Shown: positions 38,630 through 48,346, numbered from the stretch's first letter. The stretch is DNA of 64,000 nt from an uncultured Gammaproteobacteria bacterium (GCA_964394855.1 CAYMZD010000004.1:8316-72315), one strand, 5' to 3'. Notes: a model not told the origin generated them from the sequence alone. Program-made: numbers and translations.

Positions 38630-39913
38630 ATGCCATATGTAGCTGATTTACATATTCATTCCAGGTTTTCCCGGGCTTGTTCTCCTGCCTTAAATGTTCC
38701 CAATCTGGTGGAATGGGCCAAGTTAAAAGGGATTGACCTTTTAGCAACAGGGGATTTTCTACATCCTTTGTGGCTGACAGAGCTTAAAGCTAACTTAAAA
38801 GAAGATGGATCTGGGTTCATGACTCACAATTCCTCTGAAATAAAGTTTGTTTTATCTGTAGAGATTGCCTCAATTTATTCCCACCAAGGAAGAGTCAGAA
38901 GAGTTCATAACCTGATACTTTTGCCTAGTTTTGAGACAGCAGAAAAATTCCAAAAGGCACTTTTAACAAGGCATGCTACCTTAGCTTCAGACGGACGCCC
39001 AATAGTGGGTATATCTTCTAAGGAAATTCTATCCATGGCACTAGAGGTTTCAGAAAAAGCTTTGGTTATTCCAGCTCATGTCTGGACCCCTTGGTTTGGT
39101 ATTTTGGGATCTGAAAGTGGTTATGACTCTCTGTCTGATTGTTTTGAAGACTTGGTAGATAAAATTTATGCCATAGAGACGGGTTTATCTTCTGATCCAG
39201 CCATGAACTGGAGAATCTCCGAGCTTGATGGCCGCTCGATTGTGTCATCTTCTGATGCCCATTCTTTGCCCAATTTAGGCAGGGAGGCTACTGTGATAGA
39301 TGAAGATACAAATAAAGGTTTTGGGGGCCTTTGGGAGGCTCTAGCGCAACAAAAAATTACTACCACTATAGAATTTTATCCAGAGGAGGGAAAGTATCAT
39401 TTTACCGGGCATCGAAACTGTGGAGTAAGGTACAATCCAGAGGAGGAGAAACAAAACGGTGTAGTTTGTCCAAAATGTGGTAGGGGTTTAACTGTGGGGG
39501 TCATGAGCAGGGTGGAAGAGTTGGCTAATCGCCAACAACAAGAATTAAGAATTAAGAATCAAGGAGGAATAATAACAACAGAAATGTTTTCCAAAAGGCC
39601 GGGATACCAGATGCTGGTACCGCTTTTACAAATTATTGCAGAGGCCATGCACTCAACCCCTACAAGCCAAAAAGTTCTAAATGAGTACAAAAAGTTAACA
39701 CAAAATCTGGGAGGAGAAATAAAAGTTTTAACTAAAGTAGATTTGGCAGAAATTGCCAGATTAGTTGGACCTAAAATAGCAGAAGGTGTGGGCAGGATGA
39801 GGCAGGGGAAACTAGTAATTGACCCGGGATATGATGGAGTTTATGGCATAGTGAAAATTTGGCCGGATGGGGAGGAAATAATGGAAGCTCCCCAGTTGGG
39901 GCTGTTTGAATGA
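38630..39913 (+). CDS. endonuclease Q family (PHP domain) protein
   Basis: DLHIHSRFS, PAHVWTPWF, ETGLSSD, SDAHS, GKYH, PGYDGVYG. Confidence 0.88.
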   Translation: MPYVADLHIHSRFSRACSPALNVPNLVEWAKLKGIDLLATGDFLHPLWLTELKANLKEDGSGFMTHNSSEIKFVLSVEIASIYSHQGRVRRVHNLILLPSFETAEKFQKALLTRHATLASDGRPIVGISSKEILSMALEVSEKALVIPAHVWTPWFGILGSESGYDSLSDCFEDLVDKIYAIETGLSSDPAMNWRISELDGRSIVSSSDAHSLPNLGREATVIDEDTNKGFGGLWEALAQQKITTTIEFYPEEGKYHFTGHRNCGVRYNPEEEKQNGVVCPKCGRGLTVGVMSRVEELANRQQQELRIKNQGGIITTEMFSKRPGYQMLVPLLQIIAEAMHSTPTSQKVLNEYKKLTQNLGGEIKVLTKVDLAEIARLVGPKIAEGVGRMRQGKLVIDPGYDGVYGIVKIWPDGEEIMEAPQLGLFE

Positions 39914-40542
39914 AAATTTTTAAAGACCGATATGCTGCAGGACAAGTTTTAGCTAACAGATTAAAAGATATCAAAGCTGATTTAGTGCTAGGGATTCCCA
40001 GAGGTGGGGTGGTAGTGGCCTCTGCAGTGGCAGAATCTTTAAGGTTGCCTCTCGACATCGTAATTACCCGTAAAATTGGAGCTCCCACCCAGCCTGAACT
40101 AGCTTTGGGAGCAGTTGATCCGGACGGAGAAGTGGTGTGGGATAGTAAGCTGCTTTCGCAGCTCAAATTGACAATGTACAATGTACAATTAACAATTGAA
40201 GTTGAAAGACAAAAACAAGAAATAAAAAGAAGAGAGAATCTTTATAGGCACGAAAGGTCGGGCCTTGCGAAGCTGGTAAATGGGAAAACAGTCATATTGA
40301 TAGATGATGGTATGGCCACAGGATCCACAGTGGGAGCAGCTGTTAACTACTTAAAAAGGCATGGAGTGAAAAAGATTATTTTAGGCTTACCTGTTGCTTC
40401 CAAAGAGGCTTTAAAGAGGGTGGTTGAGGAATGTGAAGAGGTAGTTGTTTTGGATACTCCAGAATATTTCCAAGCTGTGGGACAGTTTTATCAGGAATTT
40501 CAACCCGTATCTGATTCAGAGGTGGTAAAATTACTGCAATGA
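39910..40542 (+). CDS. phosphoribosyltransferase
   Basis: GIPRGGV, ILIDDGMATGST, AVGQFY. Confidence 0.88.
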   Translation: MKIFKDRYAAGQVLANRLKDIKADLVLGIPRGGVVVASAVAESLRLPLDIVITRKIGAPTQPELALGAVDPDGEVVWDSKLLSQLKLTMYNVQLTIEVERQKQEIKRRENLYRHERSGLAKLVNGKTVILIDDGMATGSTVGAAVNYLKRHGVKKIILGLPVASKEALKRVVEECEEVVVLDTPEYFQAVGQFYQEFQPVSDSEVVKLLQ

Positions 40543-41114
40543 AATTAATAGTTGGTTTGGGTAATCCTGGGGAGAAGTATCAAAGTTCCAGGCATAATCT
40601 GGGATTTAGGGTAGTGGATGAGTTAGCAAAAAGAATTAAGCAGCAAGAATCAAGCTGGGAATATAAAGATAAATTAAAATCAGAAATTTTACAACTAAGC
40701 TTAATTCTTAATTCTTATAGCTTATCGCTGATTTTTGCCAAACCATTAACTTTTATGAATAATTCCGGTTTGGCTGTGAAATTGCTTACTACATACTACA
40801 AACTACCAGCTACTGATTTAATAATTATTTATGATGATTTGGATTTAAGGCTGGGGCAGATTAAAGTTAGAACAGGAGGGGCTGCTGCAGGACACCATGG
40901 GGTGGAATCAATTATCCAAGCTTTGGGAACTGACCAGTTTACCAGGGTTCGTTTGGGAATTGGTAATCAAAAATCCCATTCTGGGGAACACCAAAGAGTT
41001 CATTTTGATGCAGACAAATTTGTGATGGAGCCATTTGAGCCAGATGAAAAATCTCAAGTTAAACACATGATTAAACAGGTAGTTGACATATTGATGTCGG
41101 AACAGTTATTGTAA
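40539..41114 (+). CDS. pth: peptidyl-tRNA hydrolase
   Basis: GLGNPG, RHNLGF, FMNNSG, GHHG. Confidence 0.95.
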   Translation: MKLIVGLGNPGEKYQSSRHNLGFRVVDELAKRIKQQESSWEYKDKLKSEILQLSLILNSYSLSLIFAKPLTFMNNSGLAVKLLTTYYKLPATDLIIIYDDLDLRLGQIKVRTGGAAAGHHGVESIIQALGTDQFTRVRLGIGNQKSHSGEHQRVHFDADKFVMEPFEPDEKSQVKHMIKQVVDILMSEQLL

Positions 41115-41120
41115 AAAGAC

Positions 41121-41864
41121 ATGAAATCACTTAATCCTTTATATTCCACTCCAGCGGCTATTTTAGTAGGATCTTTGATTGTGGCTGTGGCCATTTTAAC
41201 CAGTGGAGGTATTATTAAATTTGGTAAAGTAGCTAAGACTACCACACCAACAGCCCAGGCTCCCTCGCAACCTAGTCCGCCCACTGGCGGACAGGCCAAA
41301 ACCGAAGCTGATATTGTGGCAAATCTTAAAACTTATGCAAGTAAAGTAGGGCTTGACCAAAACAAATTCAATTCTTGTTTGGATTCGGGAGAGAAGGCAT
41401 CTTTGGTGAAGAAAGACTTGGATGAAGGAACAACTGCCGGAGTCAACGGTACCCCGGCTTTCTTTATCAATGGTAGGCTTTTGCCTGGAGCCCAGCCATT
41501 TACTTCATTTAAACAGGTGATTGATGAGGAACTCTCTGGCAGCGTGGCAGGAACAGTAACCAGACAAACTGTGGGAGTGGGAGATTTACCGGTTTTAGGT
41601 AGCGCCGCAGCCAAAGTAACTTTGATTGAATTTTCCGACTATCAGTGCCCGTTTTGCGAAAGGTACTTTACTCAAACAGAGGGTCAAATTAAAAAAGAAT
41701 ATATAGATACAGGTAAGGTCAAATTCTACTACAGAGATTATCCCCTGTCCCAAATTCATCCGGGAGCACAGAAAGCAGCCGAGGCAGCCAGATGTGCGGG
41801 GGACCAAGGCAAATATTGGGAATATCATGACCTCATTTTCCAAAACCAGCAAAACATTTTCTAA
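41121..41864 (+). CDS. DsbA/BdbD-like thiol-disulfide oxidoreductase, circularly permuted
   Basis: GTPAFFING half precedes the EFSDYQCPFC half. Confidence 0.85.
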   Translation: MKSLNPLYSTPAAILVGSLIVAVAILTSGGIIKFGKVAKTTTPTAQAPSQPSPPTGGQAKTEADIVANLKTYASKVGLDQNKFNSCLDSGEKASLVKKDLDEGTTAGVNGTPAFFINGRLLPGAQPFTSFKQVIDEELSGSVAGTVTRQTVGVGDLPVLGSAAAKVTLIEFSDYQCPFCERYFTQTEGQIKKEYIDTGKVKFYYRDYPLSQIHPGAQKAAEAARCAGDQGKYWEYHDLIFQNQQNIF

Positions 41865-41867
41865 TTT

Positions 41868-42410
41868 ATGAATAAATGGGTGATTGGTGGAATAGTTACT
41901 GCCTTGTTAGTAGCTTTTTTAGTGTGGCTTTTTAATGCTTCATCCAAGCCTTTGACGGGCACAAAACAAGCTGATTTGGGCAGAAAGCATGTGACATCTT
42001 TAGCCAGTCCCAGCGCTGATTTGGCAACATCAGGAGATCATTACGAGAACTGGATTCGGGCCGGAGTCTATGAAACCCCCCAAGATGATGGAAATTTAAT
42101 TCATTCTTTGGAACATGGGTATGTAGTGATGAGTTACAGATGTTCGGAACAACTCGGAAAAACTCAACAAGCCAGTGAATCAGCTTCTGAGTTTTCTGAA
42201 GAGTGTCGCCAAATAAAAGATCAACTAAAAGGAGTTTATGAGAAAAAAGGGAAAGATAAGCTAATAATAGTTCCCAGACCGCAAATGGATACAAAAATTA
42301 CTCTTTCTGCCTGGAATTATATGGATAAACTTGATTTATTCGATGAACAAAGAATAGAAAATTTTATTGATTCTCACCGTGATCAGGGTCCAGAAAAAAC
42401 CAAGGAATAA
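41868..42410 (+). CDS. DUF3105-like membrane-anchored protein
   Basis: TSGDH, IHSLEHG, LSAW, QGPE. Confidence 0.72.
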   Translation: MNKWVIGGIVTALLVAFLVWLFNASSKPLTGTKQADLGRKHVTSLASPSADLATSGDHYENWIRAGVYETPQDDGNLIHSLEHGYVVMSYRCSEQLGKTQQASESASEFSEECRQIKDQLKGVYEKKGKDKLIIVPRPQMDTKITLSAWNYMDKLDLFDEQRIENFIDSHRDQGPEKTKE

Positions 42411-42412
42411 AA

Positions 42413-43123
42413 TCACTTACCAAAGTTTCTTTTTTGGATTTGATACCAGGTAATGGCTTTCTTTAAATCTTCAGCTGCAAAATCAGGCCAAAGTTTATTA
42501 GTAAAATATAGTTCACTGTAAGCTGTCTGCCAAAGCAGAAAATTAGATAATCTAATTCTTCCTCCAGTCCGAATAACCAGTTCAGGATCAGGTTGACCAT
42601 TGGTATAAAGGTGCCTTTCCACTATTCTTTCATTGACTTTATCCAGTTCAACTCCTTCTTTAATGATGTCCTTAATGGTTTCCAGCAGCTCTTTTTTACC
42701 ACCATAATTTAAGGCAATATTAAGTTTAATAGATTCGTTTTTGATATAAGTTTTACGGATACGTTCAATAATACGTTTGATTGATTGTGGCAAGCCCTGC
42801 AGTTCTCCCAAGACATTCACCTTGACACCATTTTGCATCATTTTTTTCAACCTGGTTTGATAACCCTCTCGCATTAGGTTAAAAAGTCCCCAAACTTCTC
42901 TTTTGGCCCGTTCTTTAATATTTTCCGTGGAAAGAGCATAAACAGTCACATTTTTTACACCAAGTTTGGTTGCAGCCTCGACTATTTTTTCCAGAGTATC
43001 AGCTCCAGCCTCATGACCCTTGATATCAGCCTGATGGTGCTTGCGGGCCCAACGCCTATTCCCATCCATAATAATGGCGATATGTTGGGGTATATTTTTG
43101 TGATCCAGACCATTGGTTGACAT
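42413..43123 (-). CDS. uppS: undecaprenyl diphosphate synthase
   Basis: HIAIIMDGNRRWA, STEN, IRTGG..RLSNFLLWQ. Confidence 0.95.
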   Translation of the reverse strand: MSTNGLDHKNIPQHIAIIMDGNRRWARKHHQADIKGHEAGADTLEKIVEAATKLGVKNVTVYALSTENIKERAKREVWGLFNLMREGYQTRLKKMMQNGVKVNVLGELQGLPQSIKRIIERIRKTYIKNESIKLNIALNYGGKKELLETIKDIIKEGVELDKVNERIVERHLYTNGQPDPELVIRTGGRIRLSNFLLWQTAYSELYFTNKLWPDFAAEDLKKAITWYQIQKRNFGK

Positions 43124-43147
43124 AGCTTAAGTAGAAATTATAACAGA

Positions 43148-43951
43148 TTACTGAATTTCTGACCACTTTTGCAATGCATCGGCAAAGACGTTCCTTAAAA
43201 TGACCAGATATTTGGGTTCGTAATGAATTTTTTCCGCCGGTTGGGTATTGTCTGTTAGCTGGCGGCGGAATTTAATTGGTTTGGTAGAATCAAGGCTAAT
43301 TAAACTGCCATTGATTAGAAGTTGAGGGGCATTAATATTAGCAGCCGGGCAGCCTCCGGCTTCATAGGCAGTGCAAATTGTACCCTGGGAAATCAAAACT
43401 GCATCAATTCGATCAGCATCCTTACTGATATTAATATCACCCCCAACCACGAAAACTACTCCCGAATTTGGACCACCATAGGTGATATTTTGGTTAATAG
43501 ACAAATTTTCTTTAACAAATACTACTCCGGATTCTCCAGTTCCACTCAAATTAGCGTCAATGTTGAGGTTATTTGGGATAAAATATAGACGGTTTAAGCC
43601 TCCGGTCATGGGAATATTCGACTGGGTACAGGGATTACAGGTTAAAGCGGTTTTATTAAGTGGGGGATCGGAGGGATTGGCCTGGTCATAATAAATGGAT
43701 TTTAAATCATCATAAGTGGGCAGTTTATAAGAAACAAAGGCGGCCTGATCTGTTTCTTTAATACACACAGCCTGGCCATTCACAGTATTGCCAAATTTGG
43801 TAATAGTATCCTTAGCACTAACCAGCCCGGTGGCTCTATCACCAATTTGACAACTACTAGGTTGGGCAAGTATTTGAGAAACGGTTAAAAGAATAAAGAC
43901 TAATCCCCCCATCACAAATAATACATAATGCTTAATGCTAGTTTTTTTCAT
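43148..43951 (-). CDS. secreted beta-rich surface protein
   Basis: Signal/TM; VVFVVGGDINI...LLINGSL...HYEPKYL. Confidence 0.6.
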   Translation of the reverse strand: MKKTSIKHYVLFVMGGLVFILLTVSQILAQPSSCQIGDRATGLVSAKDTITKFGNTVNGQAVCIKETDQAAFVSYKLPTYDDLKSIYYDQANPSDPPLNKTALTCNPCTQSNIPMTGGLNRLYFIPNNLNIDANLSGTGESGVVFVKENLSINQNITYGGPNSGVVFVVGGDINISKDADRIDAVLISQGTICTAYEAGGCPAANINAPQLLINGSLISLDSTKPIKFRRQLTDNTQPAEKIHYEPKYLVILRNVFADALQKWSEIQ

Positions 43952-46281
43952 GGTCCTCCCGGAGTATTTATTCTGGTATTAGAATGAACATCACCACCAA
44001 TAGTTTGAATCCATGATTGGACAGGTAGGGTATAACTCCAGCGCAAAGAGGCCCTGGCATCACCCCCGTTTTCATAATAATCAATCTCCACTAAATGGAC
44101 TCCTGCTGTGGCAAAGCTGCGACTGAAAGATCTCTCAAAATAGCCCGTGTCTCTCCAATCATCTAACACAGTTACTCCATCAATTCTCACTCTCACTCCA
44201 TCATCTGCCCCGGCATAAAAGGTATAAGTACCTGCTTTAAAGGTGAAGTTTCCTCTCCATCTGGCAGAAAAGGTATCAGCTCCCACAAAGGAATTAGGCT
44301 GACCTGTTCCCCAATCTTGATTTAAGGCATAAATTGTATCAGGAACAGGGGAGGGTAAAGATACACCATCAGGTGCATTGCCATCAGGGGTATTAAAGTT
44401 CACCCCGTCCCATAAACAGCCTGTCAGCTGATTGGTACCAGGACTGGTGTTGGTACAAGGGGGAGGAGGAATTAAACCAAACCAGCGGTGTTCAGAAACG
44501 CCCGCTGTTAAATTAACAGTGATAGCAGCAGGTTTTATCCAGCCAGCTGGGGCAATAGGATCAACAGTATAACTGCCGGGAGGAATAGCTCCAGTATCAT
44601 AGTAAGGGTCAGGATTACAAAGATTGGGTAGTTTAGTGCCTGACCAAGGCCCGGCAAAGTTAACCCAAGCATTGTCGCTGGTATATCCTCCGCAGGCAGC
44701 AGCTGAATTTCTGATTAATTGTTCTCCTCCATCCCATACTCCATTGCCGTTATCATCCTTCCACAACCTACCCAAAATGTTACCTGGACAAAAAGGCGCG
44801 ATAAAACTGGGACCTACTGTATGCACAGAACCATTCCACAGCCTCCATTGGTAGGTAGTATTGGGATTTAAAGTTAGGCCAGGGTTAAATCCCGCAGGTG
44901 CAGCAGTGGAGGTTTGATTACTAACATTTTTATTGGAGTAGCTGGCAAAACCATTAGTGGAGATGTCAGCCCACAAGGTGGAGTTGGTATTGGTCCAGCT
45001 CAAGGTCACATTAAACGGACCGCTGGCACAGGCGGGAACTCCTGATACCTGTAAGTTAGAAGGAGTGATGTTTTGGGTGGTAAAGTTTTGGGTGGGCGTA
45101 CAAGAGTATCTTGATCGGCCACTTGGTTGAACAGTAAAAGCTAGATTATGTGTACCACTGGTACCGCTTGGGACACAGTTATAGATAAAAGTGGGCCAGG
45201 GATTGGTAATACCTCCCCAGCAATAGTCTGCAGTTGCGCCATCACGATATAGCGCTACATTTGGCCAACCGTTGGGATCAGAGATACCTGTCACACGAGC
45301 TTGAATGGTGGAACTGGGTGGGGGATTGGAATTGGATAAGTTCCAGGAAACACTGCAAGAGCCTGGAGGAGGGGGAGGAGCACTACAGGCCCCGCCACAG
45401 CTGGGATCAGTGGTGGTACCGGCAGCATCATCTCTAATACAAGAACCACTGCTACATCTGTATCTGGCCAGAGGAGCACTACAGGCCCCGCCACAGCTGG
45501 GATCAGTGGTGGTACCGGCAGCATCATCATGAATACAAAGAGAAACGTCACATCGATACCTGTGGGTATGGGAGTAACAGCTAGAAGATGGATCTGAAAT
45601 GGTACTGCAGCTGGTGGAGCATTGAGGATACTGATTAACTGTTGACCAGCCACTCCAGCCGCTCCATCCACCACAATCCGCATTACAGGTTCTGGTTCTT
45701 TGCTGTTGGGTAACTGTTTCAGAACAATAATTTTCTATGCCGGGACAACTCCCACCATTGATAGAAGAATTACAAGAAGTTAAATATTGTGTTTCAGTTT
45801 GAGTTTCTCCACGGGTACAAATACCACAAGCCGGTACTGTTGTGCAGTCATGACTAACGGTATTGACCTCACTTCGTCTAACACACTCACAACTTGAATT
45901 CCAGTAATAGAAATATTGGAAATTACAAACATTATTACCTTTAGGGTTGGGTGTCCATTGCTGGTAAACATTGTTGCAACACCAGTTGCCGCTAAAATTT
46001 GATTCCCGGCATTCAGTAAATGGTGTACATGAAGGAGGTGGTGGAGGTGGATCACAGGCGCTGTCGCGGATGTTACATGAATCCTCCCAACAATAACCAC
46101 TACCATCATCCCATTCATAAACCATTTTACTGTAATAGTCAGCGCAACATTCGGTATAGCTGGGAACACATGATTGAGCATCAACTGACTTAACACTGAA
46201 AAAGAAAAAAACAGTTAACCCCAAAAAGATAAAAATAGCAATTAAAGCTTTAGAAAGGTAGGGCATATACTCATCGTACAA
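43948..46281 (-). CDS. large Cys-rich secreted protein with SdrD-B-like and PA14 domains
   Basis: Signal peptide; WSGWSGWS; WKDDNGNGVWD; FSARWRG...ADDGVRVRIDG...YYENGG. Confidence 0.75.
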   Translation of the reverse strand: MYDEYMPYLSKALIAIFIFLGLTVFFFFSVKSVDAQSCVPSYTECCADYYSKMVYEWDDGSGYCWEDSCNIRDSACDPPPPPPSCTPFTECRESNFSGNWCCNNVYQQWTPNPKGNNVCNFQYFYYWNSSCECVRRSEVNTVSHDCTTVPACGICTRGETQTETQYLTSCNSSINGGSCPGIENYCSETVTQQQRTRTCNADCGGWSGWSGWSTVNQYPQCSTSCSTISDPSSSCYSHTHRYRCDVSLCIHDDAAGTTTDPSCGGACSAPLARYRCSSGSCIRDDAAGTTTDPSCGGACSAPPPPPGSCSVSWNLSNSNPPPSSTIQARVTGISDPNGWPNVALYRDGATADYCWGGITNPWPTFIYNCVPSGTSGTHNLAFTVQPSGRSRYSCTPTQNFTTQNITPSNLQVSGVPACASGPFNVTLSWTNTNSTLWADISTNGFASYSNKNVSNQTSTAAPAGFNPGLTLNPNTTYQWRLWNGSVHTVGPSFIAPFCPGNILGRLWKDDNGNGVWDGGEQLIRNSAAACGGYTSDNAWVNFAGPWSGTKLPNLCNPDPYYDTGAIPPGSYTVDPIAPAGWIKPAAITVNLTAGVSEHRWFGLIPPPPCTNTSPGTNQLTGCLWDGVNFNTPDGNAPDGVSLPSPVPDTIYALNQDWGTGQPNSFVGADTFSARWRGNFTFKAGTYTFYAGADDGVRVRIDGVTVLDDWRDTGYFERSFSRSFATAGVHLVEIDYYENGGDARASLRWSYTLPVQSWIQTIGGDVHSNTRINTPGGP
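45375..45528. repeat. internal duplication (58 bp identical, 96-bp period)
   Basis: 45375-45432 equals 45471-45528; encodes DDAAGTTTDPSCGGACSAP twice. Confidence 0.88.
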
Positions 46282-46314
46282 AGCCCTGCTTTCATTGTCA
46301 AATAAAATGATAGT

Positions 46315-47166
46315 TTATCTTGAAGCTTGAGGAGGTAGTTCACCTACATACTTTGCAAGGCGCTCTTTGACCATGGTTTCTCTAGTTGCATCTGTGTATA
46401 ATCCAGCCTTTTCATATGATCTAATAACGGCTTTCGTAAAAGTATCCGGGCCATTGCCCACAAATTTTAGTTTAAAAGGGATATTTTGGGCATCGCATAC
46501 AGAATCAGGAGGAATTATTAGTCTGCCTGAAATAGATCGTTGTTGTGGATCGTAGGTGGGATCAATAGAATCTCTAAATTGCCCTCGTTTAAAACCAGGC
46601 TTCAGGAAAGTTTCTAGGTTAAGACTAATCAGACCAGATCCATAATTCATCTTACCTGCTGAACACTTTAGCAGACCATTTAAATATGTAAATATGGCAC
46701 CCATCTTTTCATCCAAAGGGGTAGTCATAACCATATAACTTGTTTGTGTTCCGTCAGAAAATTCTCCTTCCCAGACACCATATTTGGGAAATGGGGATTC
46801 TATTTCAGGAGGTTTAGGTATAGCAGTTGGTTCTTTTGTAGCAGTGGCTGTGGGCTCCTGTTTTGGTTCAGGAGTGTCGGTAGGTTGTGGGGTATTGGTT
46901 GGTTCTAGCTTTGGAGTAGATGATTCAACTAATGGTTCAATAGGTTGTTCATTTGTTTGAGGGGCAATAGGAGGAGCACTATGTGAAGTGGCTTCTTTAG
47001 GAGGTTGTGGTGCACAGGCAGCCAAGATAGCAGCACCTACTGGAATTAAAAATCTTGGTAATCTTTTACCTAATGATTTAAACCACCCCGGTGAGACTGT
47101 TTTGTCCACCCCTTTTTTATATTCAGTTTCTGTCCCAGTATCAGTTGACATATGTTCTACTAACAT
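46315..47166 (-). CDS. lipoprotein-like protein with P/T-rich linker
   Basis: ILAAC lipobox-like; PTNTPQPTDTP. Confidence 0.65.
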   Translation of the reverse strand: MLVEHMSTDTGTETEYKKGVDKTVSPGWFKSLGKRLPRFLIPVGAAILAACAPQPPKEATSHSAPPIAPQTNEQPIEPLVESSTPKLEPTNTPQPTDTPEPKQEPTATATKEPTAIPKPPEIESPFPKYGVWEGEFSDGTQTSYMVMTTPLDEKMGAIFTYLNGLLKCSAGKMNYGSGLISLNLETFLKPGFKRGQFRDSIDPTYDPQQRSISGRLIIPPDSVCDAQNIPFKLKFVGNGPDTFTKAVIRSYEKAGLYTDATRETMVKERLAKYVGELPPQASR

Positions 47167-47209
47167 ATACCTTATAGGATATCATAAAATTCAACTTGTG
47201 TCAAATTTA

Positions 47210-47767
47210 TTACTCAACAATATTAAAAGAACTACCAACAAGCTCATTTTTTCTATGGGGAAACACAAAAAAGTCACCATGTAATTTAGTGCTTAAGGGG
47301 ATTTTATCAACAGTAACCTCTGTAAACCGTTTGCCATCTTTATCTGGTATGGCTTCTGGCTTATAAAATTTTGTGCCGTAAATTTCTTTCGAGCTGCCTT
47401 GTACGAAAATAACTATCTTATTTCCTTTATCATCCGAGATAGTGATAGACCCTTCATCCTTGGCCACTAGAGTTCCTACAACTGATCCTCTCCATTCATA
47501 AACCAGGGGGTTTTTAAGGATATCAAAAGCTATGGGGGACTCACTTTCATCAAGAGTTTTTCCTGATAGGCTGGCTGATGGGGTGGAGGTGGGAGTAGCT
47601 GGCTGGAAGGGGTTAGCCAATAAGTTTAGCTTAATACCAAAGTAGTTTAATAAAAAAAGTTCCACTAAAGTTAAAATTACCACCATTACTAAAAGATAAA
47701 ATATTTTTTTACTATAAAAAGGGGAAGGGGACATTAAAATTTGAGGCTTGGGGATATTACCATTCAT
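47210..47767 (-). CDS. single-TM hypothetical protein
   Basis: N-terminal TM, S/T/P linker. Confidence 0.6.
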   Translation of the reverse strand: MNGNIPKPQILMSPSPFYSKKIFYLLVMVVILTLVELFLLNYFGIKLNLLANPFQPATPTSTPSASLSGKTLDESESPIAFDILKNPLVYEWRGSVVGTLVAKDEGSITISDDKGNKIVIFVQGSSKEIYGTKFYKPEAIPDKDGKRFTEVTVDKIPLSTKLHGDFFVFPHRKNELVGSSFNIVE

Positions 47768-47809
47768 AATTTAATTATCAAATTTTTACGGTTTATTTGT
47801 CAAGTCAAG
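47694..47809 (+). repeat. direct repeat, left flank of RiPP cassette
   Basis: Near-identical to 49961-50084. Confidence 0.92.
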
Positions 47810-47810
47810 T

Positions 47811-47863
47811 TTGACTATTAAAGGATAAAGTGCTATAAAATATTCTTATCATAAGAGGAGGTG
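47811..47863 (+). promoter_or_regulatory. promoter and RBS of RiPP precursor
   Basis: TTGACT-17nt-TATAAA with TG extension; SD AGGAGGTG. Confidence 0.65.
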
Positions 47864-47870
47864 AGGTATT

Positions 47871-48020
47871 TTGAACACAGCAATTAAAGAAATTACTACT
47901 AATGAAGTAATACGAACTGAACCGGACCAGCTTCCTAAGGCAGAGATAATAAAAAGAAAAAGAGGAGCTAGCATGAGAAAGTATAGCTATTATCCAGATG
48001 GGGCAATAACACTTTACTAG
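47871..48020 (+). CDS. putative RiPP (lasso-like) precursor peptide, 49 aa
   Basis: Strong SD then TTG; MNTAIKEITTNEVIRTEPDQLPKAEIIKRKRGASMRKYSYYPDGAITLY; directly upstream of RRE and cyclase. Confidence 0.72.
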   Translation: MNTAIKEITTNEVIRTEPDQLPKAEIIKRKRGASMRKYSYYPDGAITLY

Positions 48021-48058
48021 GTTTAAAGTCTAAAACTCTGTGATTTTATCGAAAGTTT

Positions 48059-48346
48059 ATGAACCAAAAATATTGGCTTAATCAGTATTGTGTCTTTTTT
48101 CATCCCAAGTTAGATCAACAAAATAATTTTAATACTATTGTTAGAAATCCCGGTGGCGATTTTATTAAAGTAAATAAAAGCGGTTATTTTATCTTAAAAG
48201 CCATTAATGATAATCCTGGAATAAGTTTAGAAGGTGTCGCTAAGCAGATAAGAGCTACTTTAGATACTTCACAAATGTCCCTTAAAAATATTGAGCAGTT
48301 TGTAAGTTCAATGATGATTGGCGGTGTGATTGAAATCAATGAATAA
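48059..48346 (+). CDS. PqqD-like RiPP recognition element (RRE)
   Basis: 95 aa; IKVNKSGYFIL...ISLEGVAKQI...IEQFVSSM..GGVI fits PqqD pattern. Confidence 0.68.
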   Translation: MNQKYWLNQYCVFFHPKLDQQNNFNTIVRNPGGDFIKVNKSGYFILKAINDNPGISLEGVAKQIRATLDTSQMSLKNIEQFVSSMMIGGVIEINE

